Source: a virus
Strand: one strand, 5' to 3'
Virus record (IMG/VR): IMGVR_UViG_3300041409_000267
Location: 3,750-67,749 of that record
DNA length: 64,000 bases
Part shown: positions 17,141-26,596 of the stretch, one piece after another
Position numbering within the stretch: position 1 is the first letter of the stretch
Layout: each line of letters opens with the position of its first letter
The notes under the pieces: generated by a model
What the model was told of the DNA's origin: nothing
Database searches by the model: none
Seen by the model: the letters and a program-made list of their open reading frames with translations, nothing else
Position numbers and translations under genes: made by a program

Positions 17141-19522
17141 ATGGCCACACAAGCAGTCGGTTTATCCGTCCAGAAAATTCCTGTGCAACAACAGCACGGC
17201 CAGGAAGTAACCGGGGACGATCCAAAAAAAGACAACGCGCAGCCTGACGCGACAGAACTTACTCCAGACGAGCAGAAAGAACTTATCGAACTGGTACGCA
17301 AGTACAAGCAGCAGTGGTATCTTGCCCGCCGCTTGATCCTCAAAAGGGTCCTCAAGGCGCATGATTTCTTTAAGGGCAATCAGTTCATCAGCTTCGATCC
17401 GGAATCATTCCAGTGGTTCGATGCTCTGGAATCGGCCTTCTCCGGTGACCAATCCGGCGCCGATCTGGAGATGTACCAGTTCGCGACCAACTTCTATCAG
17501 ATGTTGGGCTTCGCTTTTGTTGCCGCTCTTTCGTCTCAGGTTCCCAAAACGCGCGCACTGCCGGAGAACGCTGAAAAAGAAGAAGACATTGCCACCGCCA
17601 AAGCCTTCTCGACGGTGCAGGAAATCATTGAACGCAAGAACCAGATTGCCAGCCTGCACAAGCAGGCGCTACTCGAACTATGGCTTTCAGGCTGCTACTT
17701 CCGGCACACCAGGTACGTAGTCGATGCCGACGCGGCGGGAACACACAAAGAACCGTCACTCCAAATCTCGCAACAGGTCATGATGCCGGCGCGGTACTCA
17801 TGTGCGTCATGCGCGGCCACAACACAGGCACAACAGGGTCAGCAGCAGGCATGCGCTAACTGCGGCAATCCTCTGAGCGACCAGGACTACTTTCCTGAAG
17901 AGCAGATGGAGATCCCAGTAGCGCAGGAATTCAAAGATGTGGCCAACGGTATGGTCACCATGGACGTTTACGGGCCGATGCACGTTGACGTTCACCCCCG
18001 CGCTGGCGATCTGACCGAGACACCGATATTGAATCTCGACCAGGAAGTATCGGTCGGTGTGCTGCGCTCGATGTTCCCGGGCAAATGGGACGAGATCAGG
18101 AAAGAAACCGGCGGCTTGTCTCAGGACAGCACGCAGGAAAAGAATAGCCGCAACATCATCTTCGGTGAAGGCAATGGAAGCTCGACGCTGATGCAGGAGC
18201 AGTTGCCGACGTACTCCAGAACGTGGATCCAGCCGTGGGCCTTCAATGACATCGACGACAAAGTAAAAGTCGATAAGTACAAAAAGCTCTTTCCCGATGG
18301 CGTGTTGCTCTGCAATATCGGCGACACCTTCCTCGACGCGCAGCCCGCGAAGCTGACCAAAGAGTGGACGCACTGCGGCACGGTAAAGAAGAAATTCGGT
18401 ATGTTCCCGCCAGCCGTGGGCGATGCGGCAATTCCGGTACAGGAACGCATCAACGACACCGGCAACATCACGCACGAGTACATGGACCGGCTAGCCGGTG
18501 GAATCATCCTGGTCAATCAGGATGGTATCGACACCAATTCCATGGCCGGCAAGCCGCTAATGCCCGGTGTAATGAATCCGGTCAAGCTGCCGAAAGCGCT
18601 TCAAGCCTCACGGCTGGCTGATCAGATTGTGCAGATCAAATGCGAGCTCGACAACAACATCTATGGCTACACCGACAAGCTGGTCTTCTGGATGCAGCTT
18701 CTTGTCGGCACCCCGCCGCAAATCTTCGGTGGCGCGGGCGATCCGAACGTCCAGACCAAAGGCGGTCAGGAACAGCAGCTATCAACCGCTATGGGCAAGC
18801 TGGGCAGCTTCTGGGATGAATGCCGTGATGAGAACGCCAAAGCAGCCGAACTCGCCGTAAACTGCGCTGCGGAGAACATGAACGATGATTGGTTCGACGT
18901 TGTAACCGATTCGTCGGGCCAGTTCCGCAACGAGTACGTATTCCTCGACGACATGCGCGGCAGTATCCATGCCTATCCGGAAACTGATCAGGGCTTCCCG
19001 ATGACACACTCCGAGATATCGGCATGGTGGAACAAACTGATTGAATATGCAGCCGGTGGCAAGAACCCGCTGGCGAACGCGATCCTCGACGAACCGGCGA
19101 ACCAGGAGCAGATTGCTATCTGGACAGGCGTACCTGGGCTGGTAGTTCCCGGCAAGGAAATGCGTAACAAGGTCATGCAGATCATTGACCGGCTGATGAA
19201 GGAACCGCCGGTGCAAACGATGGCCCCGGTGCCGAACCCTGCCGATCCTACTGGTCAATCACAGATCATGCAGCCGATTACCATGCCGTCAATTCAGCCC
19301 GACCCGCTGACTGATGACATGGGAATCATTATCGAGGTCGTCAAGGAATGGTCGTACAAGAATTGGAACACAGCCGACGAGGACCCACAGCACTGGATGA
19401 ACGTTATGGGGTACTTGAAGCTGGCGGTATCGTACCAGCAGAAAAATCAAATGGCGCAAATGCAGATTGAAGCGCAAGCTGGCGGCAAGCCCGGAGCAGC
19501 ATCCAACGGTCAGGAGGAATAA
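17141..19522 (+). CDS. Portal protein (P22-like) with zinc-ribbon insertion
   Basis: 793 aa, first gene of the head module, helical, Gln-rich C-terminus; CASC...CANC insertion. Confidence 0.8.
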   Translation: MATQAVGLSVQKIPVQQQHGQEVTGDDPKKDNAQPDATELTPDEQKELIELVRKYKQQWYLARRLILKRVLKAHDFFKGNQFISFDPESFQWFDALESAFSGDQSGADLEMYQFATNFYQMLGFAFVAALSSQVPKTRALPENAEKEEDIATAKAFSTVQEIIERKNQIASLHKQALLELWLSGCYFRHTRYVVDADAAGTHKEPSLQISQQVMMPARYSCASCAATTQAQQGQQQACANCGNPLSDQDYFPEEQMEIPVAQEFKDVANGMVTMDVYGPMHVDVHPRAGDLTETPILNLDQEVSVGVLRSMFPGKWDEIRKETGGLSQDSTQEKNSRNIIFGEGNGSSTLMQEQLPTYSRTWIQPWAFNDIDDKVKVDKYKKLFPDGVLLCNIGDTFLDAQPAKLTKEWTHCGTVKKKFGMFPPAVGDAAIPVQERINDTGNITHEYMDRLAGGIILVNQDGIDTNSMAGKPLMPGVMNPVKLPKALQASRLADQIVQIKCELDNNIYGYTDKLVFWMQLLVGTPPQIFGGAGDPNVQTKGGQEQQLSTAMGKLGSFWDECRDENAKAAELAVNCAAENMNDDWFDVVTDSSGQFRNEYVFLDDMRGSIHAYPETDQGFPMTHSEISAWWNKLIEYAAGGKNPLANAILDEPANQEQIAIWTGVPGLVVPGKEMRNKVMQIIDRLMKEPPVQTMAPVPNPADPTGQSQIMQPITMPSIQPDPLTDDMGIIIEVVKEWSYKNWNTADEDPQHWMNVMGYLKLAVSYQQKNQMAQMQIEAQAGGKPGAASNGQEE

Positions 19523-19527
19523 CTTTC

Positions 19528-19839
19528 ATGCGACTATATGGCGATCCCGTCAGCTACACCGGAGTAAACGGCAAGACTCTTACCGCGCTGGTCATCGGTG
19601 TGCGCACCGAACCGGCCTCACACATTGGAGCCAACGGCGAACCCTTGCTATCGCTGGCCTACTTCACCCCGGGCTCAACCTTTGGTACAGCCGATCCGGT
19701 CATCGTGCACGATGTTCCACACAGTTCTGTCGAAGGCGTTGTCGGCGTGGGACGGTGGGAAGATTACCAGATGGAAGCTGAGCCGGAACAGGCAGCAGCC
19801 GCAGAAGTTCAACCTGAAGGCTGGAAGCAAAGCACCTAA
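19528..19839 (+). CDS. Hypothetical protein (SH3-like)
   Basis: AGGAGG RBS; lies between portal and scaffold. Confidence 0.7.
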   Translation: MRLYGDPVSYTGVNGKTLTALVIGVRTEPASHIGANGEPLLSLAYFTPGSTFGTADPVIVHDVPHSSVEGVVGVGRWEDYQMEAEPEQAAAAEVQPEGWKQST

Positions 19840-20057
19840 CTTGCCATGTCAGACGAGCGTTACCGTGAGTTGCCCAACATGCTGTATTGCGGCTCAAGGG
19901 TAGGACACGTTGGCGCTCTGGACATCTTCTTTCTGAGAACCGCAAGAATCATCTGGGATGATCTGGAAGCCGCGATAGTAGTCAGAGCAGGAGAGCCAGC
20001 AAGAATAAATCTCGACACCGATCCCGCGTAACACCCGCCTTAAAGCAGTACCCGACA

Positions 20058-20084
20058 GGCCGCCACCGAGCGGCCATTTTTATT
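20058..20084 (+). terminator. Rho-independent terminator
   Basis: ggccgc-caccga-gcggcc-atttttatt. Confidence 0.7.
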
Positions 20085-20112
20085 GCCCAAAACAAATCAG
20101 GAGTTTTAAATC

Positions 20113-21609
20113 ATGCCAGTAGAAACCGCAGCCCCCGCAGCAGCCGCACCAGCAACCACTTCAGCCCCGGCAACCACATCCGCACCGGCGACCACAGCGG
20201 CACCGAGTACCGCAGCGCCTTCAACCGGTGCAGCCGTAGAAACAACCGCGCCCGCGACTACCGTCGAAGCGCCCGCAGCGGAGACCAGCCCCTTTGAAGG
20301 GAAGTCGATTGAAGATGTGATCTTCAAGACGCTCGACGAAAAGCGCCTCGCCCGCGAAAAGGAAGCCGCCGGGCCGACCACGGTCGAACCGACCGAAGAC
20401 GAGAAGCTGGCTGCCGAACTCGGCACGGAGACTCCAGAAGAAGTTAAAGCCGGTGAAGTTAAGACCGGCGATGAAACGAAGGCAGAAGCCGAGACCACCA
20501 GTGAATTCGACCTGGACGAACCGGACTTCTCGACCAAATGGCTGGATGATCTGGCCAAGGAAAACAAGATCACCTTCGCCGACGAACGCGCCAAAGGACA
20601 GCTGTTCAAGGTCGTGCGCGAACACAGCGAGTTCCGGCCCATTGCCGAAATCTTCGGCGGCGATCTTGAAGAAGCGCAGGCCGCGCAGACCGGCTCGGTC
20701 ACCTTCCAGCATTTTGACGGACTCTACGAGAATGCCCACACACCAGAGGGCACGAAGGGATTCCTCGAAGCTCTTGCTGCAAAACAGCAGCAGGAGCCAA
20801 TCATCGGGCAGGATGGCCAGCCCGTTGACGTAGTAAGCGCGCTGTTTAACAACATGCGCGAGATGGACTTGAAGTATTTCGAAACGCAGTTCAAAGCAAA
20901 GGGAGACGACGAAGCCCTTGCCGCGTTAGACATTCTCAGGGAGCGTATATCGCCGAATCGCGCCCCGGCGTCAGAGGAAGTCTCACCGGAATTGGCTAAG
21001 CGTGAAGCTGCTGTCAAAGAGCGTGAAAATGCGCTGGTTCGCACCCAGCAACAGCAGAGCGAGAGCGCCCGTACCCAATACGAGCAGACCGTTGCCACTG
21101 ATCTCGATACACAGATCAGTAAAGTCATTGATCCGATCCTGGGGAAAACAGCATTCTCGCCGGTGATTCAAGCCGACGTAAAAAATAAGATTTTCGACCG
21201 CGTAATGGAAGCTCTGGACAAGAGCCCTCTTTACAAATCGAAGTCTGAAGCGCTGTTGAACAAACCCCCAACCGCCGAGAACAAGGCCGCATTGATGGCC
21301 TTCAAGATGAAGTGGTTCAACCAGGTTGCGCCACGAGTCATGAAGGAAACCATCAGAGAGTACCGCGACCCGGTAGTCAAGGCGCAAGCGGATCGTGACA
21401 CAAAACAAAAGCACCAGGAAACACGCAGCCGGGTAGAACCAAAAGGCCCGAGCGTATCCACTGCTCCAGTAGCGCAACTCACCAAGACACAGCAGATCAC
21501 GAAGATGACCAGCGATCTCGCGACCAAACTCGGACGCCAGCCAACCATGGAAGAAATCATCCAGGGAACACTAGCAGCCGCGGCACAGTCGCGAGCGGCG
21601 AGGTCTTAA
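20113..21609 (+). CDS. Capsid scaffolding protein
   Basis: Ala/Pro/Thr-repeat then acidic N-terminus, coiled coil, directly upstream of the capsid gene. Confidence 0.75.
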   Translation: MPVETAAPAAAAPATTSAPATTSAPATTAAPSTAAPSTGAAVETTAPATTVEAPAAETSPFEGKSIEDVIFKTLDEKRLAREKEAAGPTTVEPTEDEKLAAELGTETPEEVKAGEVKTGDETKAEAETTSEFDLDEPDFSTKWLDDLAKENKITFADERAKGQLFKVVREHSEFRPIAEIFGGDLEEAQAAQTGSVTFQHFDGLYENAHTPEGTKGFLEALAAKQQQEPIIGQDGQPVDVVSALFNNMREMDLKYFETQFKAKGDDEALAALDILRERISPNRAPASEEVSPELAKREAAVKERENALVRTQQQQSESARTQYEQTVATDLDTQISKVIDPILGKTAFSPVIQADVKNKIFDRVMEALDKSPLYKSKSEALLNKPPTAENKAALMAFKMKWFNQVAPRVMKETIREYRDPVVKAQADRDTKQKHQETRSRVEPKGPSVSTAPVAQLTKTQQITKMTSDLATKLGRQPTMEEIIQGTLAAAAQSRAARS

Positions 21610-21673
21610 CTCCCAACCAATTCCGCTACCCGGCTTGAGCGCGCAATGCGCTCGCCACCCATGAGGCTCTACC

Positions 21674-22954
21674 TTGCCACAACTGACAGCTACCACTTCC
21701 GCTGCACTGCAGTTGGAAGACGTCAATGACGTAATCCCTGTACTCGTTGAGCTTTCGAACAAGCTCGACGCTCGTATCAAAGACAACGGTCGTGCGACCC
21801 AAGTCTCCACCAAAAGCTACCGCGTTCGCATCCAGACCGCCGACGTGGGCGACGTTGCGAAGTTCAACCTTGAAGGCGGCACGCTGCCGACCGGCGGATC
21901 CTCGACCTGGGACCAGTTCCTCGTCACTCCTCTGGCGTTCGTGAAGCCGATCGAATACACCCGTTTGGCTGATCTGACCGGTGATCCGAAGTCGGTAGCC
22001 AGCGAGAACCCGGTATCGAAAACGATTGCCGATTGCGTCAAGGGCATCCAGGTCCAGCGCGATATGTTCCTGCAGACCGCGGGAGACGGCAAAATCGGCC
22101 AGGTCCTCTCGACCTACGCCGGTGGCGGCGCCAACCCGATCACCCTGGAACCTTCACCCTGGGGCGCTCGTTTGATGCGGCGCGGCCAGAAAATCCAGGT
22201 CATGACCAACGCTTTCGCCCTGCGTGCGACGGCCGTCATCACCAACGTCGTGAAGACGCTGGGCGCAACCCAGTCGATCACGGTGGACATCGTTCCCGCA
22301 GGCACGGTCGCCGGAGACTTCATTGTCCTGGCCGGCATTGCCGCAGGTGGCGCTGATCCGTTCATCAACGGTCTGCCGGTGTTCCACTCGACCTCGACCG
22401 CTGGAACCTTGCTCGGCATCTCCCGCGCCAACAACTACGTTGTGGCGAACGGCGTGAACGCCAACGGCGCGCAGATCACTCTGCCTGTCCTGCGGCTGGC
22501 CATGAACCAGGTTCTGGTTGAACTGGGCGACGAAGCGCTGAAAGATCAGCTCTTCCACACTCACCCCTCGCAGTTGGCCGCGTATGAGGAACTGGGCTTC
22601 AAAATCCAGACCATGTACTCGGACTCCGGCAAGTTCAACGACAAGGGCTTCGACGGAATGCTCAACACCCGGAAGATGACCATTGACGGGTACGAGATAA
22701 TCTCCAACCTGCATGCCGACAACCAGGCGTGGCACTTCACCAACGTGAAGAGCTGGGGCAAGGTGAAATGGGGCCAGGGAACATTCTGGTTCAAAAACCG
22801 TGGCGGTCAGACTGTGTTCCAGCAGTACGACACCACCACCGGCACCCCGAAGGCAGTCGAGAACAGCTACCTCGTGGATTGCATTCAAACGTACGTTGAC
22901 AATCCGAAACTGTTGTCTTCGGTCACGAACGCGAAACTTCCAACAGGAAATTGA
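21674..22954 (+). CDS. Major capsid protein (TTG start)
   Basis: 426 aa, strongly biased codon usage, follows the scaffold, GAGG RBS; HK97-like organisation inferred. Confidence 0.8.
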   Translation: MPQLTATTSAALQLEDVNDVIPVLVELSNKLDARIKDNGRATQVSTKSYRVRIQTADVGDVAKFNLEGGTLPTGGSSTWDQFLVTPLAFVKPIEYTRLADLTGDPKSVASENPVSKTIADCVKGIQVQRDMFLQTAGDGKIGQVLSTYAGGGANPITLEPSPWGARLMRRGQKIQVMTNAFALRATAVITNVVKTLGATQSITVDIVPAGTVAGDFIVLAGIAAGGADPFINGLPVFHSTSTAGTLLGISRANNYVVANGVNANGAQITLPVLRLAMNQVLVELGDEALKDQLFHTHPSQLAAYEELGFKIQTMYSDSGKFNDKGFDGMLNTRKMTIDGYEIISNLHADNQAWHFTNVKSWGKVKWGQGTFWFKNRGGQTVFQQYDTTTGTPKAVENSYLVDCIQTYVDNPKLLSSVTNAKLPTGN

Positions 22955-23005
22955 TTTATAGTTTGGCGGCATCTTGTTCGTATGCTATAAACGCATATCT
23001 TCAAG

Positions 23006-23533
23006 GTGTCGCCAACTATGATTCGCTTAAATCTACTAGTTAAGACATGTACTCGCCATCCGGCGCGCGAGAAGTCGCTAAGACATTTCACCTTCCGCAC
23101 GACGGGCAAGTACAGCAAACAGTGCAAACGTTGCTGTCAGGTAGCAGCAGAGAGAATGGCCGAATACACCAGTAAGAATGGGGCCGACGTTAGGGTCAAG
23201 GCGCGTGATCGCATTCGTTCACTGCGCAACAACATTCTTAATTACTATGGCGGCAAATGCGCTTGTTGCGGTGAGCCACGCAAGGAGCTACTTGCCCTTG
23301 ACCACATCAACGGTGGTGGAGCAGAGCACAGAAAAGAGATCGGGGATAGTGGAACAGCAATACTGTGGTGGATACGCAGCAACAATTACCCGCCTATCTT
23401 TCAAGTGCTCTGCCATAATTGCAACTATGCCAAAGGGAAGCATGGTCTACCCTGTCCACACATACAAGAGCGCACTTTGCACCCGATAGACAGAATGGTG
23501 CGTAGTTTTACTCTTGCTGGCACCGTGAACTAG
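23006..23533 (+). CDS. HNH homing endonuclease
   Basis: YGGKCACCGE...LALDHINGGG...QVLCHNCN; lower GC than neighbours. Confidence 0.85.
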   Translation: MSPTMIRLNLLVKTCTRHPAREKSLRHFTFRTTGKYSKQCKRCCQVAAERMAEYTSKNGADVRVKARDRIRSLRNNILNYYGGKCACCGEPRKELLALDHINGGGAEHRKEIGDSGTAILWWIRSNNYPPIFQVLCHNCNYAKGKHGLPCPHIQERTLHPIDRMVRSFTLAGTVN

Positions 23534-23560
23534 AAACTAGTTTTACAAATCAACCCGAAT

Positions 23561-23592
23561 GGGCCGCTCTGAAATATGGGCGGCCCTTTTAT
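23561..23592 (+). terminator. Rho-independent terminator
   Basis: gggccgctc-tgaaatat-gggcggccc-tttt. Confidence 0.75.
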
Positions 23593-23610
23593 TTGAAGTG
23601 AGGATTTAAA

Positions 23611-24309
23611 GTGAGAGACGACCTGAAAGGCGCAGTACGCGCACCGGAAGCGATACAGGAATTTCTTGAGAGTTACGGCGGCAGAACGCCTAACGGCGAA
23701 CCGATGTGGCGGCTGGTGCTGTGCTCCAGCGTTTATTGGAAGCTGGCCGGTGACTTCAAGATATGGGATGCCGGCGTACCGCTGAATGAGCGCGGCGGCA
23801 TTGATATGTGGCACGGCGGGAAGCAGTTTGATACCCGACCGATCCGCGTGGAGTCCGGCATGGTGGAGCGGAGAAAGTATCCCCACATTGAAGGCTGGAT
23901 TTTACAGAAGTGGTATCCATCAAGCTTCTACTCAAAGGCATTCTGGGAAGCGCCGGAGAACGCGATGTTCGACGGTACACCGAAGCTCGGTCCATGGCCA
24001 CAGTTTGGCGACTATGAACTTATGTCCGGCCCTTACGAGCGCGTACCAACGACCGACACGTTGCGCACCGAGATTGCCGAGTACCACAACAGAATTGAGA
24101 CCGCACCGGCATCGATCGAGCAGAGAACACTCTTGGCGCTGGCGGCGGCACAGGACGAAGAAGACCAGTACGCAGCGCGGCTGGATTCAAAGCTGGATGC
24201 TTTCATTCGCGACCGGTCAACCTACATCAAGAGTTCATCGCTTGAGGCCGGAAGGATCAGAACTGAGTTGGCCGAGCGCTGCGGTATCACCGAGCACGTC
24301 GGCGCTTAA
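23611..24309 (+). CDS. Conserved phage hypothetical protein
   Basis: GAGG RBS, GTG start, Trp-rich. Confidence 0.75.
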   Translation: MRDDLKGAVRAPEAIQEFLESYGGRTPNGEPMWRLVLCSSVYWKLAGDFKIWDAGVPLNERGGIDMWHGGKQFDTRPIRVESGMVERRKYPHIEGWILQKWYPSSFYSKAFWEAPENAMFDGTPKLGPWPQFGDYELMSGPYERVPTTDTLRTEIAEYHNRIETAPASIEQRTLLALAAAQDEEDQYAARLDSKLDAFIRDRSTYIKSSSLEAGRIRTELAERCGITEHVGA

Positions 24310-24439
24310 AGGGCTGGCTTACTACCGTGCCAGCCCCCGCCACCGTTTTGGCAGCACCAACTACAAGGCGCGCCTCAGGTAGCCCGAGATCAGAGTTTAG
24401 CAGTACCCCGCACCACACCCCACAAGAAAAGAGAGCAGT

Positions 24440-25432
24440 ATGGACCCCAACTATTTAGAAGGATCAGAAGTATCCACCACGGCAGCATCGGCAATCGAGA
24501 AGCTGGCCATCAACCCACCGACCGAACAAGACTTTGACCGCGAACGGACGCGCCAGCGCAAGACCATGGGAGCGGCCTTTGACGAAATTTACACCAAGGC
24601 CAACACCGACGAAGGCACCGCGCGCCTTTTGAAAAGCCAGAACGAAGAGATTCGCAAGATGTCGCGCATCGGCTTCAGTAAGGTCACCATCATCAACCTG
24701 CTGCCGTTCAAGCTCCAGATCAATGGCGTTCTGCACTCACGGTACAACACGGTAGTTCCACCGGCACCGTCAGAGCCGCAGAAAAAGGGCGGCATCCCAT
24801 ACGCTCGGCGCGTGCTCGACAGGATCTATTTTGACCACAAAGACCTTGGCTCAGACATGCAGGGCATCGACCAGTTCATTGCCGTGCCGTGGCTGCCGAT
24901 CGAGTTAGCGCAGGATTTCGATCGCGAGTACAACGAGATTCAAGGAACCGGCGCCGTCTTTTTCTATGAAGGCGACAAGATTCCCGAATCCAGCGAAGTG
25001 CTGATGCACCAGCTCAAGGAAGCGCAAAAGAACCTGTTCAAGTGGTGCGAGAAACGCTGCCAGGAAGCCGATCTGGAATTCGCCAACGACGAATCGCGCA
25101 AAAACATCACCGAGACACACCGCGAAGCGTGGCGCATCCTGAGGCGCGACAACGTGGTCAAAGACGACGACAAGCCAGCGTGGCTGCACTCGCTCACCAC
25201 CAATCGCGTGGCTCCGGAACTCTGCCCTGGTTGCGACAAGCCGAAAGCCGGCGCTGTGTGCGTCAACTGCGGCAACGTCTTCAAGCCGCTGATTGCCTAC
25301 CGCGAAGGCATGATCGAGTTCGGCCATGTTTCTTTCCAGAAGATGACCGACGACGAATTCAAGGAAGCGCAGAAACTCCAACAGACGCGCGCCAAGCGCA
25401 CAGCCCAAATGGGCACGAAGGCCGGTAGCTAA
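24440..25432 (+). CDS. Hypothetical protein with C-terminal zinc ribbon
   Basis: CPGC...CVNC. Confidence 0.75.
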   Translation: MDPNYLEGSEVSTTAASAIEKLAINPPTEQDFDRERTRQRKTMGAAFDEIYTKANTDEGTARLLKSQNEEIRKMSRIGFSKVTIINLLPFKLQINGVLHSRYNTVVPPAPSEPQKKGGIPYARRVLDRIYFDHKDLGSDMQGIDQFIAVPWLPIELAQDFDREYNEIQGTGAVFFYEGDKIPESSEVLMHQLKEAQKNLFKWCEKRCQEADLEFANDESRKNITETHREAWRILRRDNVVKDDDKPAWLHSLTTNRVAPELCPGCDKPKAGAVCVNCGNVFKPLIAYREGMIEFGHVSFQKMTDDEFKEAQKLQQTRAKRTAQMGTKAGS

Positions 25433-25440
25433 ATCACTCC

Positions 25441-26124
25441 ATGCTCTATTCCGATCTGAAAGCAAGAATCCAAGACCTGGTGGACGATCCTGCCGGCGAG
25501 TTCTGCACTGCCGACTACATGCAAGCCAAAGTTGCGCAGACCTACGACGACCTCTACAACAAGCTGCGCATGACCGGTGCGCAGTTTGACGAGTCCGTCA
25601 TAGAACTGACGAACGTCAAAGCCGGAACGTCCGACCTCGGTGACTACTTCGCTTCCGGCAAGGAACTGGAACTTCTGCTCCGTCCAGAGATTTTTGAGTG
25701 GAAGCTGACCGGTCAGGATCCGACCAACTACCGAGAAGTCCGGTTCGTGAGCAAGGTGCCGGATGTTCAGGCAGGCCAGTACATCGTGTCCTACGAGTGG
25801 AGAAAAGGAAATATTTACTTCACTCCGATCACGGCGGCGGTCGATATCCGCATTCGCGGCGAGTTCTTGTTCTCGGCCCTAAAAGAAGATGCGAACCCGA
25901 TTCAGGCCGGGATCAATGTGGGCAACGTGCTGGTGTACTGGACATGCGCGTTGATTGGAATAGTGCGCGGCAATCCGCAGTGGGAAAAGAGTTATCAGTT
26001 CAAAGGCGACGTGGCGTTCGATGATATTGCCATCATGCTGACCAAGGCCGACCAGGCCAAGGTGCAGCGCGTGGGAAGAACGTCGCGGCGCAGGTCGCGC
26101 AATCGGGGTTACACCATCCGGTAG
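25441..26124 (+). CDS. Head-tail adaptor protein
   Basis: MLYSDLKARIQDLVDD N-terminus typical of podoviral adaptors; gene position. Confidence 0.65.
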   Translation: MLYSDLKARIQDLVDDPAGEFCTADYMQAKVAQTYDDLYNKLRMTGAQFDESVIELTNVKAGTSDLGDYFASGKELELLLRPEIFEWKLTGQDPTNYREVRFVSKVPDVQAGQYIVSYEWRKGNIYFTPITAAVDIRIRGEFLFSALKEDANPIQAGINVGNVLVYWTCALIGIVRGNPQWEKSYQFKGDVAFDDIAIMLTKADQAKVQRVGRTSRRRSRNRGYTIR

Positions 26125-26155
26125 TTCCAAATATTTCAAATTCACAAGCACGACA

Positions 26156-26180
26156 CCCGCCCGCGAGCGGGATTTTTTAC
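26156..26180 (+). terminator. Rho-independent terminator
   Basis: cccgc-ccgcga-gcggg-atttttt. Confidence 0.7.
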
Positions 26181-26212
26181 GCCCCTAATGCGGGCAGGAG
26201 AAAACACACACC

Positions 26213-26590
26213 ATGGCAAACACAATGGCTCTGCAGGAAGTGCAGACCGGAAACAACGTTGATGTCTACATCTACAAAGTCACCCTGAGCGGTTCCTATG
26301 TTCAGGCCGTACGTGGCGCGAACACCGGCGAGCAACTGAAACCCTTCGCCGCATCCAACCCCAACTTTCTACCCAAAGCCTTCCCAGGCAACAAGGGCTT
26401 TAAGCGCGGCTATGTGATTCAAGGCGGCGCTGGTAACGGTACCGAGATCATCCCCGGTGCTGACATCTTTACCTGGCTTCTGAAATTCTTCTCGGCCGCC
26501 AACACCGAACTGGCAGCCGCAGGATACAACGCGGCCGTCACCGGCGACGTGGATTTCATGGTTGCTTTCGAGTCCGATCCGACCAATTAA
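26213..26590 (+). CDS. Small structural (decoration-like) protein
   Basis: AGGAG RBS, high-expression codon usage. Confidence 0.65.
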   Translation: MANTMALQEVQTGNNVDVYIYKVTLSGSYVQAVRGANTGEQLKPFAASNPNFLPKAFPGNKGFKRGYVIQGGAGNGTEIIPGADIFTWLLKFFSAANTELAAAGYNAAVTGDVDFMVAFESDPTN

Positions 26591-26596
26591 CTTCCT

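Noticed and set aside
20125-20280. Tandem repeats at the scaffold 5' end
   Set aside because: Encode an APATT low-complexity linker
21635-21653. 13-nt TTGAGCGCGCAAT shared with the minus strand at ~1808-1820
   Set aside because: Two copies in unrelated contexts; compatible with chance
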